DNA from: Nitratidesulfovibrio vulgaris str. Hildenborough
GTDB lineage: Bacteria; Desulfobacterota; Desulfovibrionia; Desulfovibrionales; Desulfovibrionaceae
Direction of reading: 5' to 3'
NCBI RefSeq assembly: GCF_000195755.1
Contig: NC_002937.3
Coordinates: 2,700,001 to 2,732,000, forward strand
DNA length: 32,000 nucleotides
The notes under the pieces were generated by a model. It was not told where the DNA came from and did not search any database. It worked only from the letters and a program-made list of their open reading frames with translations. This document shows, in pieces, positions 20,054-28,549 of this stretch; the stretch's first letter is position 1, and the number at the start of each line of letters is the position of its first letter. The translations under genes were made by a program, and so were the position numbers.

Positions 20054-20608
20054 TCACCGCACCTCCAGCCACGGGTTGCCCTCGTCGGGGTCTGCCGCCC
20101 CCTCGGCTGCATCGGCCATGCGGGCGAGGTCGAACGCCGCCGCGAAACGTTGCAGCATGGTCTGTTCAAGGCGGGCATTGCCCATGAGCGGCACAGCCAG
20201 CGACGACGCCAGACGCCGCGCCAGCATCTCGGTGAACAGGGCCGGAAAACGCCCGGGGTCGGTCACGCGCACCGTGAGCACGGCTTCCGCAGGTGTGGCG
20301 TCCGTGTAGAGCACCCTGTCCTCCACCACCTCGAAGGGGTCGCCCGCGCGCAGGTGCCGCACACGCAGGCAGTCGCCCGGCAGCCTGTAGGAGCGGGCGT
20401 AGCCGAAGGGCGGTGCACTCTCCATGGGCGCGAGACGCGCGTAGCGTGTGGCGAAGTTCCAGTGATGGCTTTCGAGAAGCTCGTCACGAGTCTCCACATA
20501 GTGACGCGCGCACAGGTCGGCCTCGCGTGAATGCTGGTCGAGGGAGAGAATCTCGGGCGCACCGAGGTAGCGCAGGGCACGGTTGCATATGGCCACGTCA
20601 CTGCCCAT
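20054..20608 (-). CDS. Tail tubular protein A (T7 gp11-like)
   Basis: 184 aa from ATG 20608. ICNRALRYLGAPEILSLDQHSREADLCARHYVETRDELLESHHWNFA parallels the T7 gp11 N-terminal region (VNDILASIGEPPVSTLEGD...RGWTFN). The stop lies 1 nt before the gp12-like start. Confidence 0.65.
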   Translation of the reverse strand: MGSDVAICNRALRYLGAPEILSLDQHSREADLCARHYVETRDELLESHHWNFATRYARLAPMESAPPFGYARSYRLPGDCLRVRHLRAGDPFEVVEDRVLYTDATPAEAVLTVRVTDPGRFPALFTEMLARRLASSLAVPLMGNARLEQTMLQRFAAAFDLARMADAAEGAADPDEGNPWLEVR

Positions 20609-21041
20609 GGGATTCGCCCTCTCCGTCGTTCCCGTCCTGCCTCGCGCTGGCGCTCCCCCCCTCGATATCTCCGGACGCCCCCGTGGGAGCGTGTTCCCGT
20701 CCGCACACACCGGTCCGCCCCTGACGGCGCATCTGGCGCTGCCCTGCCACGCGCGCCAGACGGCGCAGCGTCTCCTCGTCCGCATCGGCGGGAAAGACGA
20801 CGCCCATCGCGGCGAGGCGCGCCTGCAGGGTGGCGCGGACGAAACGGCGCATGTCTCCCTCGCCGGGCCTGTCATCCGCACCATGACGCATCGCGCTCTC
20901 GTCATCGGACGTGTCAGCGCATGGTGTCTCTGCCCGGGCTGCATCATCCTTCGCCTTCTGGTCGCCCGCGCGCTTGCGACCGTCGGCGTCCTTGGTGGCA
21001 CCTTGGCGTTGCGACGCCTCGCACAGGTACATTCTTCCCAT
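20598..21041 (-). CDS. Phage hypothetical protein, charged and low-complexity
   Basis: 148 aa from ATG 21041, with a strong AAGGAG RBS at 6-nt spacing. It overlaps the gp11-like start by 11 nt. No recognisable motif. Confidence 0.45.
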   Translation of the reverse strand: MGRMYLCEASQRQGATKDADGRKRAGDQKAKDDAARAETPCADTSDDESAMRHGADDRPGEGDMRRFVRATLQARLAAMGVVFPADADEETLRRLARVAGQRQMRRQGRTGVCGREHAPTGASGDIEGGSASARQDGNDGEGESHGQ

Positions 21042-21181
21042 GATATTCTCCTTTTGAACCCCGGCACGCCCGCACCCGACGGGGCTGCGCACCTGTTCTG
21101 CTTCCTGCTTGCGTCCTTCAGGGGGCAGGTGCGACGCACGACCACGCCATGCGCCGCAACCTGCCTTGAGGTCATGCGTGG

Positions 21182-21583
21182 CTAACGGGGCTGGACGTCG
21201 AACAGCACGTCCACACTGCCCGACGCCTCGGGGTCATCGTTTCCGAACACCACGCGGATACGGGCCCGGCAGTCCGACGGCACAGGCAGGCGTGCAAGCA
21301 CGTCACCGGGTTCCCACGTACGGGGGCCACCGGAAAAGGTGCGCCTGAACGATACGGGAACCGGCGCGAAGGCGATGCCGTCCGTGCTGTCCTCCAGTCC
21401 CAGCGTGAGGCTCTTTCCATCGCCGAGGGTGACAGGCGTCGCCGCCACCATCACCATCTCGGTCGTACCCAGCAGCCCTCCGGCATGGTGGGCTCCCCCG
21501 TTGCCCTGCACGGTGGCGTTGCGGGGCATCTCCTGCCTGCTGGCAGGCTGCGTGTCGTGGATGCGCAACATATTGCGGTACAT
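21182..21583 (-). CDS. Phage hypothetical protein following the capsid gene (possible decoration or minor head protein)
   Basis: 133 aa with AAGGAG RBS. It starts 27 nt after the capsid stop. The functional suggestion rests on position only. Confidence 0.5.
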   Translation of the reverse strand: MYRNMLRIHDTQPASRQEMPRNATVQGNGGAHHAGGLLGTTEMVMVAATPVTLGDGKSLTLGLEDSTDGIAFAPVPVSFRRTFSGGPRTWEPGDVLARLPVPSDCRARIRVVFGNDDPEASGSVDVLFDVQPR

Positions 21584-21609
21584 GGAGATTCTCCTTGCTG
21601 TTGTGGCTG

Positions 21610-22524
21610 CTACAGGGCTGCGCGGGGTTCCGTGCCGTCCATGAAGTTGTAGGAGGTGACGATCTCCACACCGTTCCAGTGGGTGATCTGCCTGTCGAGG
21701 TCACGCCCGCCGGGGCCGATCTGCAACGCCCCCGCCTTGTAGCGGCACAGCATGTTGCGGGTGCGCTCATGCATGAAGAGGTAGGTGGAACCGGGGGTGG
21801 CGCGCACTTCGGCGAGGATGTCGTCGATCATGGCTTCGGTGGGCACGTGGTCGCGGCTGATGTTGACCACGGCAGCCACGCTGCGCGGGTCGCCGATCTG
21901 CACGCCGAGATACGCCTTGAGACGCAGCCCGTAGACCAGAACCCCCTGATGCGGGCCGGAATGCGCCTTGTAGAGGTCGCCCCCGTTGATGGGCTGCGTG
22001 TCGAGCACCGCCCCCTGCTTGAAACACTCGGGGCTGTAGAGGCCGCAGGTCTCGCCCTCGCTGAAGCGGACGGCGATGATGGAATAGGTGCCGTCGGCAG
22101 TGGCACCGGCGTCGGTGGCCTTGCCGTGGTCGAGCGCCCACGCCCTGAAGTTGTCGTAGACGATGCGCTGTTCGGCAGCCATGCCGGAACGGCGCAGCAC
22201 CTTGGGCAGCTTGCGGGCGAAGTACTTCTCGCGCCCGCCGAACATGTTGGCGGTGTCTTCCGGCACCTCGATTTCACCGCCGAGGATGGAGAGGTCGACC
22301 TTGCGCAGGTCGCTGGTCACCTCCACGCCCGGCAGCGGCGCGTTCATGGCCACCCAGCCGGCGCCCTGCACCTCGGTCACGTCCTCGTACATGTTCCACA
22401 GGCCGTGGCTGGCCTCATGGAAGGGGATGATGCCCAGAATGGGGGCTTCTTCCGTAAGGCCGTCCACCTGCTGCGGCTGTCTGCTCGCGAAGGCCGCTGC
22501 CAGTTCCTTGAGAGTCTTGCCCAT
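21610..22524 (-). CDS. Major capsid protein
   Basis: 304 aa with AGGAGGAGAAGG RBS. It lies directly downstream of the scaffold-like gene and upstream of the tail tubular genes (T7 gp10 position). Its size and composition resemble short-tailed-phage capsid proteins. Confidence 0.75.
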   Translation of the reverse strand: MGKTLKELAAAFASRQPQQVDGLTEEAPILGIIPFHEASHGLWNMYEDVTEVQGAGWVAMNAPLPGVEVTSDLRKVDLSILGGEIEVPEDTANMFGGREKYFARKLPKVLRRSGMAAEQRIVYDNFRAWALDHGKATDAGATADGTYSIIAVRFSEGETCGLYSPECFKQGAVLDTQPINGGDLYKAHSGPHQGVLVYGLRLKAYLGVQIGDPRSVAAVVNISRDHVPTEAMIDDILAEVRATPGSTYLFMHERTRNMLCRYKAGALQIGPGGRDLDRQITHWNGVEIVTSYNFMDGTEPRAAL

Positions 22525-22535
22525 ACCTTCTCCTC

Positions 22536-23288
22536 CTAGCGTTTGAAGACAACTGTCTTGAGAAACTCTTCCGTGCTCAGCGGGGTCTCATGCCCGCCGC
22601 CACCGCCACGCACCGCGCCGAGGCTGTCCTCGCCGAGGGTTTCGGCGAGATGCGCCATGAGTTCGACGAACTCCGGCGCGTTGCCGAGACCCGATTGCGC
22701 CAGCGTCGCCAACCGGCCCTCCATGCGTTCGTCAAGCACGCGCAACGACCCGCGCGCTGCATCGAGGCGGTTCTCGTAGGCGGTGCCCCAGCGTTCACGC
22801 AGGGCGGTTTCACATCGTGTCAGGGCCTGTTCCTGCCCGGCGCGGCTCTCATCCAGCCAGAACCCCACGGCAGCCTGCGCCTGTTGCGGCGTAAGCCCCG
22901 CCCCGGTGCAGAAATCCCGGAACCTGCCGGTCAGCTGCGGGTCTGCCGACACGCCCTCGGGGAATGCGAAGCTGTAGTCCCCGGGGGTATGACCACCCGC
23001 CGTGTCCGGCACTTCAGCCGCGGGAACGCCCGTTGTCGCCGGGCCCTCCCCCGCCGCTGCGGGAGATGCCACCTGCGAGGCCGAACGCGTGGTTGGTTCC
23101 TCCACTCCACGCGCCTGCGTCGCAGACCTGCCCGCAACGGCCCCCTGCATCGCGGGGCTTCCGTGACCGACCTGACCGAATTGACCGGCCTGACTGGCCG
23201 CGGCGTGACCGGAAGACACGGCCCCCTCGCCACCTGCCGCAGTCGGAGGTGCCTGCGGCCCTGCCGTCTGCACACTCGTCTCACTCAT
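22536..23288 (-). CDS. Capsid scaffolding/assembly protein (T7 gp9 position)
   Basis: 250 aa with a Gly/Ala/Pro-rich disordered N-terminal half and a helical C-terminal half (DYSFAFPEGVSADPQLTGRFRDFC...). It sits between the portal and capsid genes. An 8-nt start/stop overlap links it to the upstream ORF. Confidence 0.6.
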   Translation of the reverse strand: MSETSVQTAGPQAPPTAAGGEGAVSSGHAAASQAGQFGQVGHGSPAMQGAVAGRSATQARGVEEPTTRSASQVASPAAAGEGPATTGVPAAEVPDTAGGHTPGDYSFAFPEGVSADPQLTGRFRDFCTGAGLTPQQAQAAVGFWLDESRAGQEQALTRCETALRERWGTAYENRLDAARGSLRVLDERMEGRLATLAQSGLGNAPEFVELMAHLAETLGEDSLGAVRGGGGGHETPLSTEEFLKTVVFKR

Positions 23289-23688
23289 CGTTCCTTCTCC
23301 CCTTCAAAGGTTCATCACCCAGTTGTTCCCTTGCCCATTGCCGTGCCCCCTCAAGCTGGATGCGCAGTAGACTTGCGGGGTCTGCCAGCGCCACCTCGGC
23401 CATGCGGTCACGCCCGTAGTCGTGCAGTGCCGCTGCCCCGCGCAGACTGGCCCCGCACCGCCCGAGACGCGCCCCCAGCCCTGCGGCATCAAGCCAGTGC
23501 CGCACCACCCGCACACCCGCACCTCCTTCGATGGCGAGCACGGTGGTCAGGTCTTCGAGGTAGGCGGCGAACCGCACCTCTGCCTCGCGCGCCACCTGTC
23601 GGGCGGCCTCGGTCTCCTCTGCCAGCAGGTCTGTGAGTCCCGCCCCGTCCAGTGCCATCAACCGGGCCAACGTCGCGTCAGCCTGCAT
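23281..23688 (-). CDS. Phage hypothetical protein
   Basis: 135 aa from ATG 23688, with AGGAG RBS. It overlaps the portal 3' end by 11 nt. Confidence 0.5.
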   Translation of the reverse strand: MQADATLARLMALDGAGLTDLLAEETEAARQVAREAEVRFAAYLEDLTTVLAIEGGAGVRVVRHWLDAAGLGARLGRCGASLRGAAALHDYGRDRMAEVALADPASLLRIQLEGARQWAREQLGDEPLKGRRNDE

Positions 23689-25387
23689 GGGGTTCTCCTG
23701 TTCCGCTGTTGCCGCCACCTGTGACAGGGCTGGCAGGCCCGTGCGCCATGCCGTCCTCCGGCATGCCGTGTTCAGCCGCCCCGACGGCAGACGCTGGAAC
23801 CGGCAGCGACATCAGCGAGGCGATGGCGGTTCCCGTCAGGCCGTTCCGCGCCGCACGCAACGTGGCGACCTCCGCATCGGAGCGGACGACACGGGCGGGC
23901 ACCCCGGCGATGGCGGCGAGTTCATCCACCGCCTGTTCGAAGTCCACCTTGTCGAGCACCTGCGGGGCGACCCCTGCCAGGGCCGACACATCCGACGCGA
24001 AACGCCGTATGGCCTGTGCCGTCACCACCCTCTGCGCCTGTGCCAGTGCCGAGACGTACTCCACGCGCATCGACCGTCCGGCCAGTTCCGGCGGGGGCGG
24101 TGGCAACAGACCGCCACGCCGCAGGATGCCGTAGGTGCGCTCCAGCAGGGGGTCGAGCAGTTCGGACTGATGGCGCTCGATGACGGGCCCGAGCATGAGG
24201 AGCTTCTCCTCGCCACGCTCGAGCACCTCGGCGGCGGTGATGTTGGAGCGCCCCTCGGCCGTGAACATCAGGAAGAGGTCGTTGAAGAACCCCTCGCGCA
24301 CGGCACGGCGCACATCCTCCATCTTGTGGGTGACGGCCCCGATGTCCGGATTGATCTGATAGAGAGGGCCCACCGACTCGCCCTGCCCGGGGGTGACGTA
24401 GTTCTGTCCGCCGGGGATGAGGTTGAGGCGCTGCTTGAAGCCGCTGGGCACCCGCATGGGCGGGTTGACCACCTTGTGGATGGCGAGAAGCTGACTGCGG
24501 GCCATCTCCTGCAGCATCTTCACGTCGGGCAGCACATCCATGCCGGGGGAACGTCCATAGATGTCGCCCCCTGCCACGTCCCAGCGTGCCGCCAGATGCG
24601 GGAACTCCTCGAAGCCCCCCTCGTGCAGCAGCCCCTCGGCCCCTTCGGTCTCCCACGTCAGCGACTGCCACGGCATGTTCACCCCGCCGAGGCCTCCGCT
24701 GGCGGTCTTGCCAGCTTCGCCGGCGTTGCGACGCACTCGCGGGCGCACCATGTGCACCAGCGGGACGGAACGTTCGGGATCGCGCCGGAGCATCCGGCGC
24801 ACCCGGCGCGAGAGACGCGCCTCGCCATAGCGTTGGGCCATCTGCCGGGCACTCATCCGCAGACGCCTCACCACGGTATCGACCCTGCCCGCCGCGTCGC
24901 ACGCCCATGCGAAATCGCCACAGGCGAGGCATGAGAAGCGCATGACCCGTTGCGGGTCGGCCTCGTGGTACATGTCCGCCGACCCGAAGGCCGCCAGTTC
25001 AGTGTACAGCCCGTGCACGGCCGCATAGAAGTTGCTGCGCGCCAGCGCCGCGTAGAGGCGACGCTCGACCACATCCAGCCAGCGACGTTCAGGCCCTGCC
25101 TCTTCCATGTCCTCGTCGGCAAGGCGCAACCTGAACCACGGACGCGCGGGCGAGGTGAGCCCCCCCTGCATCCCCGCCGCGAGGATGCGTACGGCCCGCG
25201 TGGCCGTGCCATCGATGATGCGCGGGCCGCGCCGCGCCGTGTCTCCCGCCTCGTCGGCCCTGCGTGGGCTGTCGATGCAACGGGGCAGGACGAAGTCCTC
25301 CACCTCGCGCCACAGCGGTTCCCACACCCGGCGTTCGCGTTCGACACACGACGCGGCATCACGCGCCTCACGCAGTACGGCGTCCAT
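23678..25387 (-). CDS. Portal (head-to-tail connector) protein, T7 gp8 family
   Basis: 569 aa from ATG 25387. Two in-frame GTG codons lie upstream, and the ATG shares 1 nt with the upstream TGA. The blocks IYGRSPGMDVLPDVKMLQEMARSQLLAIHKVVNPP and NITAAEVLERGEEKLLMLGPVIERHQSELLDPLLERTY align by eye with T7 gp8 (SYGRSYIEEYLGDLRSLENLQEAIVK...NPAG and RVTAEEIRYVASELEDTLGGVYSILSQELQLPLV). Confidence 0.85.
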   Translation of the reverse strand: MDAVLREARDAASCVERERRVWEPLWREVEDFVLPRCIDSPRRADEAGDTARRGPRIIDGTATRAVRILAAGMQGGLTSPARPWFRLRLADEDMEEAGPERRWLDVVERRLYAALARSNFYAAVHGLYTELAAFGSADMYHEADPQRVMRFSCLACGDFAWACDAAGRVDTVVRRLRMSARQMAQRYGEARLSRRVRRMLRRDPERSVPLVHMVRPRVRRNAGEAGKTASGGLGGVNMPWQSLTWETEGAEGLLHEGGFEEFPHLAARWDVAGGDIYGRSPGMDVLPDVKMLQEMARSQLLAIHKVVNPPMRVPSGFKQRLNLIPGGQNYVTPGQGESVGPLYQINPDIGAVTHKMEDVRRAVREGFFNDLFLMFTAEGRSNITAAEVLERGEEKLLMLGPVIERHQSELLDPLLERTYGILRRGGLLPPPPPELAGRSMRVEYVSALAQAQRVVTAQAIRRFASDVSALAGVAPQVLDKVDFEQAVDELAAIAGVPARVVRSDAEVATLRAARNGLTGTAIASLMSLPVPASAVGAAEHGMPEDGMAHGPASPVTGGGNSGTGEPHAG

Positions 25388-25605
25388 CACCACCCCAGCA
25401 GGGTCTTGCGGCGCACATCGGCCTCACCCTGCACGCCCAATGCCCCGGTCAACAGCGTTCCCTGACGCCCACGCGCCCTCAACGCCGCCTTGCGGGCCTC
25501 TTCGCGGCCCCTCTCGATGGCCTCGGCCTCCTCCTGTCCCGACTCGTCGACCACCGGCGGTGCCGGGGGCGCGGGTGGGGTATACGACTTGCCGCCTCCG
25601 CCCAT
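25387..25605 (-). CDS. Small virion-associated protein (T7 gp6.7-like by position and composition)
   Basis: 72 aa from ATG 25605, with AAGGAG at 6-nt spacing. Sequence MGGGGKSYTPPAPPAPP...RARGRQGTLLTGALG...RRKTLLGW. It is the first gene of the portal operon. Confidence 0.55.
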   Translation of the reverse strand: MGGGGKSYTPPAPPAPPVVDESGQEEAEAIERGREEARKAALRARGRQGTLLTGALGVQGEADVRRKTLLGW

Positions 25606-26081
25606 GTCATGCTCCTTGCCTGCGGGCCGATGCCTCGGCCCCGTCCGTTCTGCCGTCACGCCACCGACCGCTTCGGTGTGCGTCACGTGAACGGGCCTAC
25701 CACTCCCATCTGGCGGAAATGGACGGAGTGCGGGTGGGCGAGGGGTCGGAACATGTTCCCGGCATGGTGTCAGGCGGGTGGACGGGGCAGAGACACAAGA
25801 GGAGGACAGGCGGCGAGGCATGGGTGCACACGGATGACACCACGGAGGGTACCAGTGCGAAATGACTCGGGGAGGGCCGTACCTCGCCGTGCAGGCAGGA
25901 GACGAGTCACGGGGCGATGCGGGATTGGATCAAGGAAGCCGGATTACGCTGCAAAACGATGCCACATGCGGCAGGGAAAGGCGGCGTACCGTCGCAAGAC
26001 CGGGTCATGTCCGCGAAGGGCCGCAAGACGGGGTACCCTGCCACACCGCCCCGGATGAGACGGTGGCCCTGTACCGCATGC

Positions 26082-26115
26082 AAAAAAACGAGCATGAATA
26101 TGTTTTCATGCTCGT
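26082..26115 (-). terminator. Canonical rho-independent terminator, minus-strand orientation, with no gene to terminate
   Basis: On the minus strand: ACGAGCATGAA-AACATA-TTCATGCTCGT followed by TTTTTT (11-bp perfect stem, 6-nt loop). The plus-strand orientation lacks a U-tract. Confidence 0.65.
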
Positions 26116-26221
26116 CACAGCACCCCCAGAACCTAGCCGGACGGTCAACAACGGGCACTGACAGGGCCCGCAACATCGCAAGGGCGGGCAGATGACCGGA
26201 AAAGCCCTGTCCGTATGACTT

Positions 26222-26235
26222 TTCACGAACGTGAA
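26222..26235 (+). promoter_or_regulatory. Perfect palindrome TTCACGAACGTGAA in the pilZ promoter region
   Basis: 5-4-5 dyad (TTCAC-N4-GTGAA) about 36 nt upstream of ATG 26271. It lies between a possible -35 (TTTTCA) and -10 (TATGCT). The architecture resembles CRP/FNR-type boxes. Confidence 0.35.
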
Positions 26236-26270
26236 TCTCGTCTATGCTCAACTATTGAGGGGGAAACGAG

Positions 26271-26897
26271 ATGCGTATGGATGCCGTGTCGACCACTGCG
26301 AAAAGTGGCCCGGAACGTCGCGCCTGCTACCGGGTGGACGCGCCCGCGGGCTTTTTACGCGAAGTGGCCCTGTGGCTACGCCCGAACATGGGAACCAGTG
26401 CAATCGTGACGCTGGACTGCCTTGGCGCGCCCGATTTCGTGGCATCAAGTGAACTGCACGGGGTGCGCCTCGAAGACGTCTCGACACGCGGTCTCGGTTT
26501 TTCATTCGTCCCGCAGGTCCTTCCCGGAGGGGAGCAGTTGCGGAACCGGTCGCTTTATGTCTACATCAAATTGCATTCGCCTGCCGTGAACCGCGAGAAT
26601 CCTCGCTACTGTCTCTTCCTCGGGGCACGGGCGGTGCATCTGGCGCAACACGGAGACAGGCTGCATATGGGGCTGCGCATCACGCAACGCGGCACCCCCG
26701 AACGCACCTCCAAGGCCATACGCATGTTCGACGTGGCCCGCTTCGGCGTTCGTGAACTCACACGCTGGTGCGACGATATGACCCGCATGGGACGCGGCAT
26801 GCTGCCACCCGCAACACCGGGGCTCGACATGGAGCAACTTCTTTCGGAAATCGCAGATCAGGGTGCCTCATGCAGGGCATCCGACGACAAACGCTAG
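26271..26897 (+). CDS. PilZ-domain (c-di-GMP-binding) protein
   Basis: 208 aa with GAGGGGG RBS. RRACYR (RxxxR) and DVSTRG (DxSxxG) motifs have the canonical spacing. The stop lies 15 nt before motA. Confidence 0.8.
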   Translation: MRMDAVSTTAKSGPERRACYRVDAPAGFLREVALWLRPNMGTSAIVTLDCLGAPDFVASSELHGVRLEDVSTRGLGFSFVPQVLPGGEQLRNRSLYVYIKLHSPAVNRENPRYCLFLGARAVHLAQHGDRLHMGLRITQRGTPERTSKAIRMFDVARFGVRELTRWCDDMTRMGRGMLPPATPGLDMEQLLSEIADQGASCRASDDKR

Positions 26898-26912
26898 CCA
26901 ACGGTCGCAGGC

Positions 26913-27758
26913 ATGTTCATCATAATCGGTCTCGTCGTCGTCTTCGGCTCCATCATCGGGGGCTACCTGATAGCCAACGGCAACCTCGCCGTGCTCGTGC
27001 AGCCCGCAGAAATGATCATCATCCTCGGCGCCGCCATGGGGGCCTTCCTCGCGTCGCAAACCAAGTACACGCTTGGGCTGGTCATCAAGAACATCAAGCA
27101 CATCTTCGGCGACCCCGGCATGAACAAGGCCCGCTACCTTGAGACGCTGGCGCTGCTCAACTCGCTGTTCTCGAAGATGCATCGCGAAGGTGTCATCAGC
27201 ATCGAGCAGGACATCGAAAAGCCCGAATCGAGCGCCATCTTCACGAAGTACCCTTCCATCTCCAAGGACAAGCATATCGTGCACTTCATAGGTGACACGC
27301 TGCGCGTCTACCTCACCACCGGCGACCCCAGCGACATCGAAAGCCTCATGAAGATCGACATGGAGTCGATGCACGAAGAGGAGATGGTGGCGCCGGGGGC
27401 CGTGAACCGCATGGCTGAATCGTTGCCCGGCATGGGTATCGTCGCCGCCGTTCTGGGCGTCGTGCTCACCATGGGCATGATCAACGAACCGCCCGAAATC
27501 CTCGGCCACCACATCGGCGCGGCCCTCGTCGGCACATTCGTGGGTATTCTCTTCTGCTACGGCATCTTCGGCCCCATGGCCGCGAAACTGGAGAACCACG
27601 CCCACGAGATGCACGCCTACTACAACGTCATCAAGGAAGGCGTGGCAGCCGCCATACGCGGTTCCACGCCTATCATCGCCGTGGAATACGGCAGACGCGC
27701 CATTCCGCACGCCTTCCGTCCCACGTTCGCCGAAATGGAAGAAAAGCTGAAGGGCTGA
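26913..27758 (+). CDS. motA: Flagellar motor stator protein MotA
   Basis: 281 aa, collinear by eye with E. coli MotA: MFIIIGLVVVFGSIIGGYL...QPAEMIIILGAAMGAF...SLPGMGIVAAVLGVV...ALVGTFVGILFCYG...PIIAVEYGRR. Confidence 0.9.
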   Translation: MFIIIGLVVVFGSIIGGYLIANGNLAVLVQPAEMIIILGAAMGAFLASQTKYTLGLVIKNIKHIFGDPGMNKARYLETLALLNSLFSKMHREGVISIEQDIEKPESSAIFTKYPSISKDKHIVHFIGDTLRVYLTTGDPSDIESLMKIDMESMHEEEMVAPGAVNRMAESLPGMGIVAAVLGVVLTMGMINEPPEILGHHIGAALVGTFVGILFCYGIFGPMAAKLENHAHEMHAYYNVIKEGVAAAIRGSTPIIAVEYGRRAIPHAFRPTFAEMEEKLKG

Positions 27759-27784
27759 TGCCCTGAAGCACCAAGGAGACTGGC

Positions 27785-28516
27785 ATGGGTGGCGGCAAGG
27801 GTGGCGGTTCATGGAAGGTGGCCTACGCCGACTTCGTGACGGCGATGATGGCCTTCTTTCTGCTCATGTGGATTCTCAACATGACGTCAAAGGAGACCAA
27901 GGAAGGCCTTGCAGGGTATTTTTCAAGCGACGCGGCCAAGATGCAGTCGAACAACGTCTCGCCGGTGGCCAACAACCCCTTCGTGCAGAGTACCGACAAA
28001 CTCGACACCCGCGACTTCAAGATCACCGAAGTCGAACGCTCGCACTATGCCATCGCCCAGAAACTGCGGCAGATGCTCATGGCGGATGCCACGCCCCAGA
28101 GTGCCAGCGGCATCAGTGCCGACGACGTGGGCGTCCAGCTTCGCGTCAACTCCGACATCATGTACGCCCCCGGTTCCGCAGAACTTGCCCCCGAAGGAGC
28201 CAAGGTTCTTGATGATGTGATCCGCATCCTCAAGGAATACAACCTGTACCTCGTGGTTCGGGGGCATACCGACAGCGGCGAACCCCGCAACAGCATCTAC
28301 CCCTCCAACTGGGAACTCTCCGGTGCCCGCGCCGCAGCTGCCGTGCGGTACATCATCACCCACGGCGAGATCAAACCGACCCGCCTGCGCAGCATCGCCT
28401 ACGCCGACACCCGCCCCCTCGAACCCAACACTTCCCCGGACAGCAGGGCCAAGAACCGCCGGGTGGAATTCTACTTCCACCGCCCCGAGGTCATGTCCTA
28501 CAGCGTTGTGTATTGA
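27785..28516 (+). CDS. motB: Flagellar motor stator protein MotB (OmpA-like C-terminal domain)
   Basis: 243 aa with AAGGAG RBS. WKVAYADFVTAMMAFFLLMW is the TM segment with the conserved Asp. C-terminal motifs VRGHTD...NWELSGARAAAVVRY...NRRVEF bind peptidoglycan. Confidence 0.9.
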   Translation: MGGGKGGGSWKVAYADFVTAMMAFFLLMWILNMTSKETKEGLAGYFSSDAAKMQSNNVSPVANNPFVQSTDKLDTRDFKITEVERSHYAIAQKLRQMLMADATPQSASGISADDVGVQLRVNSDIMYAPGSAELAPEGAKVLDDVIRILKEYNLYLVVRGHTDSGEPRNSIYPSNWELSGARAAAAVRYIITHGEIKPTRLRSIAYADTRPLEPNTSPDSRAKNRRVEFYFHRPEVMSYSVVY

Positions 28517-28549
28517 GCCTGCCGCCCCGCCGCCACCCCCACAGCACGG

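Noticed and set aside
25951-25965. Minus-strand TGGCAT-N4-TTGC element upstream of the portal operon, as a sigma54 promoter.
   Set aside because: The GG-to-GC spacing is one nucleotide short of the strict -24/-12 register.
25907-26251. 114-aa minus-strand ORF in the pilZ-portal intergenic gap.
   Set aside because: It reads straight through the intrinsic terminator hairpin. It has no RBS, and its composition looks non-coding.
26913-28516. MotA/MotB pair as ZorA/ZorB of a Zorya anti-phage system, given the phage-like neighbourhood.
   Set aside because: MotA is canonical in size (281 aa), collinear with E. coli MotA, and lacks the long C-terminal tail of ZorA. No ZorC/ZorD-like genes are adjacent. 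MotB has the standard plug/TM Asp and OmpA-like domain.
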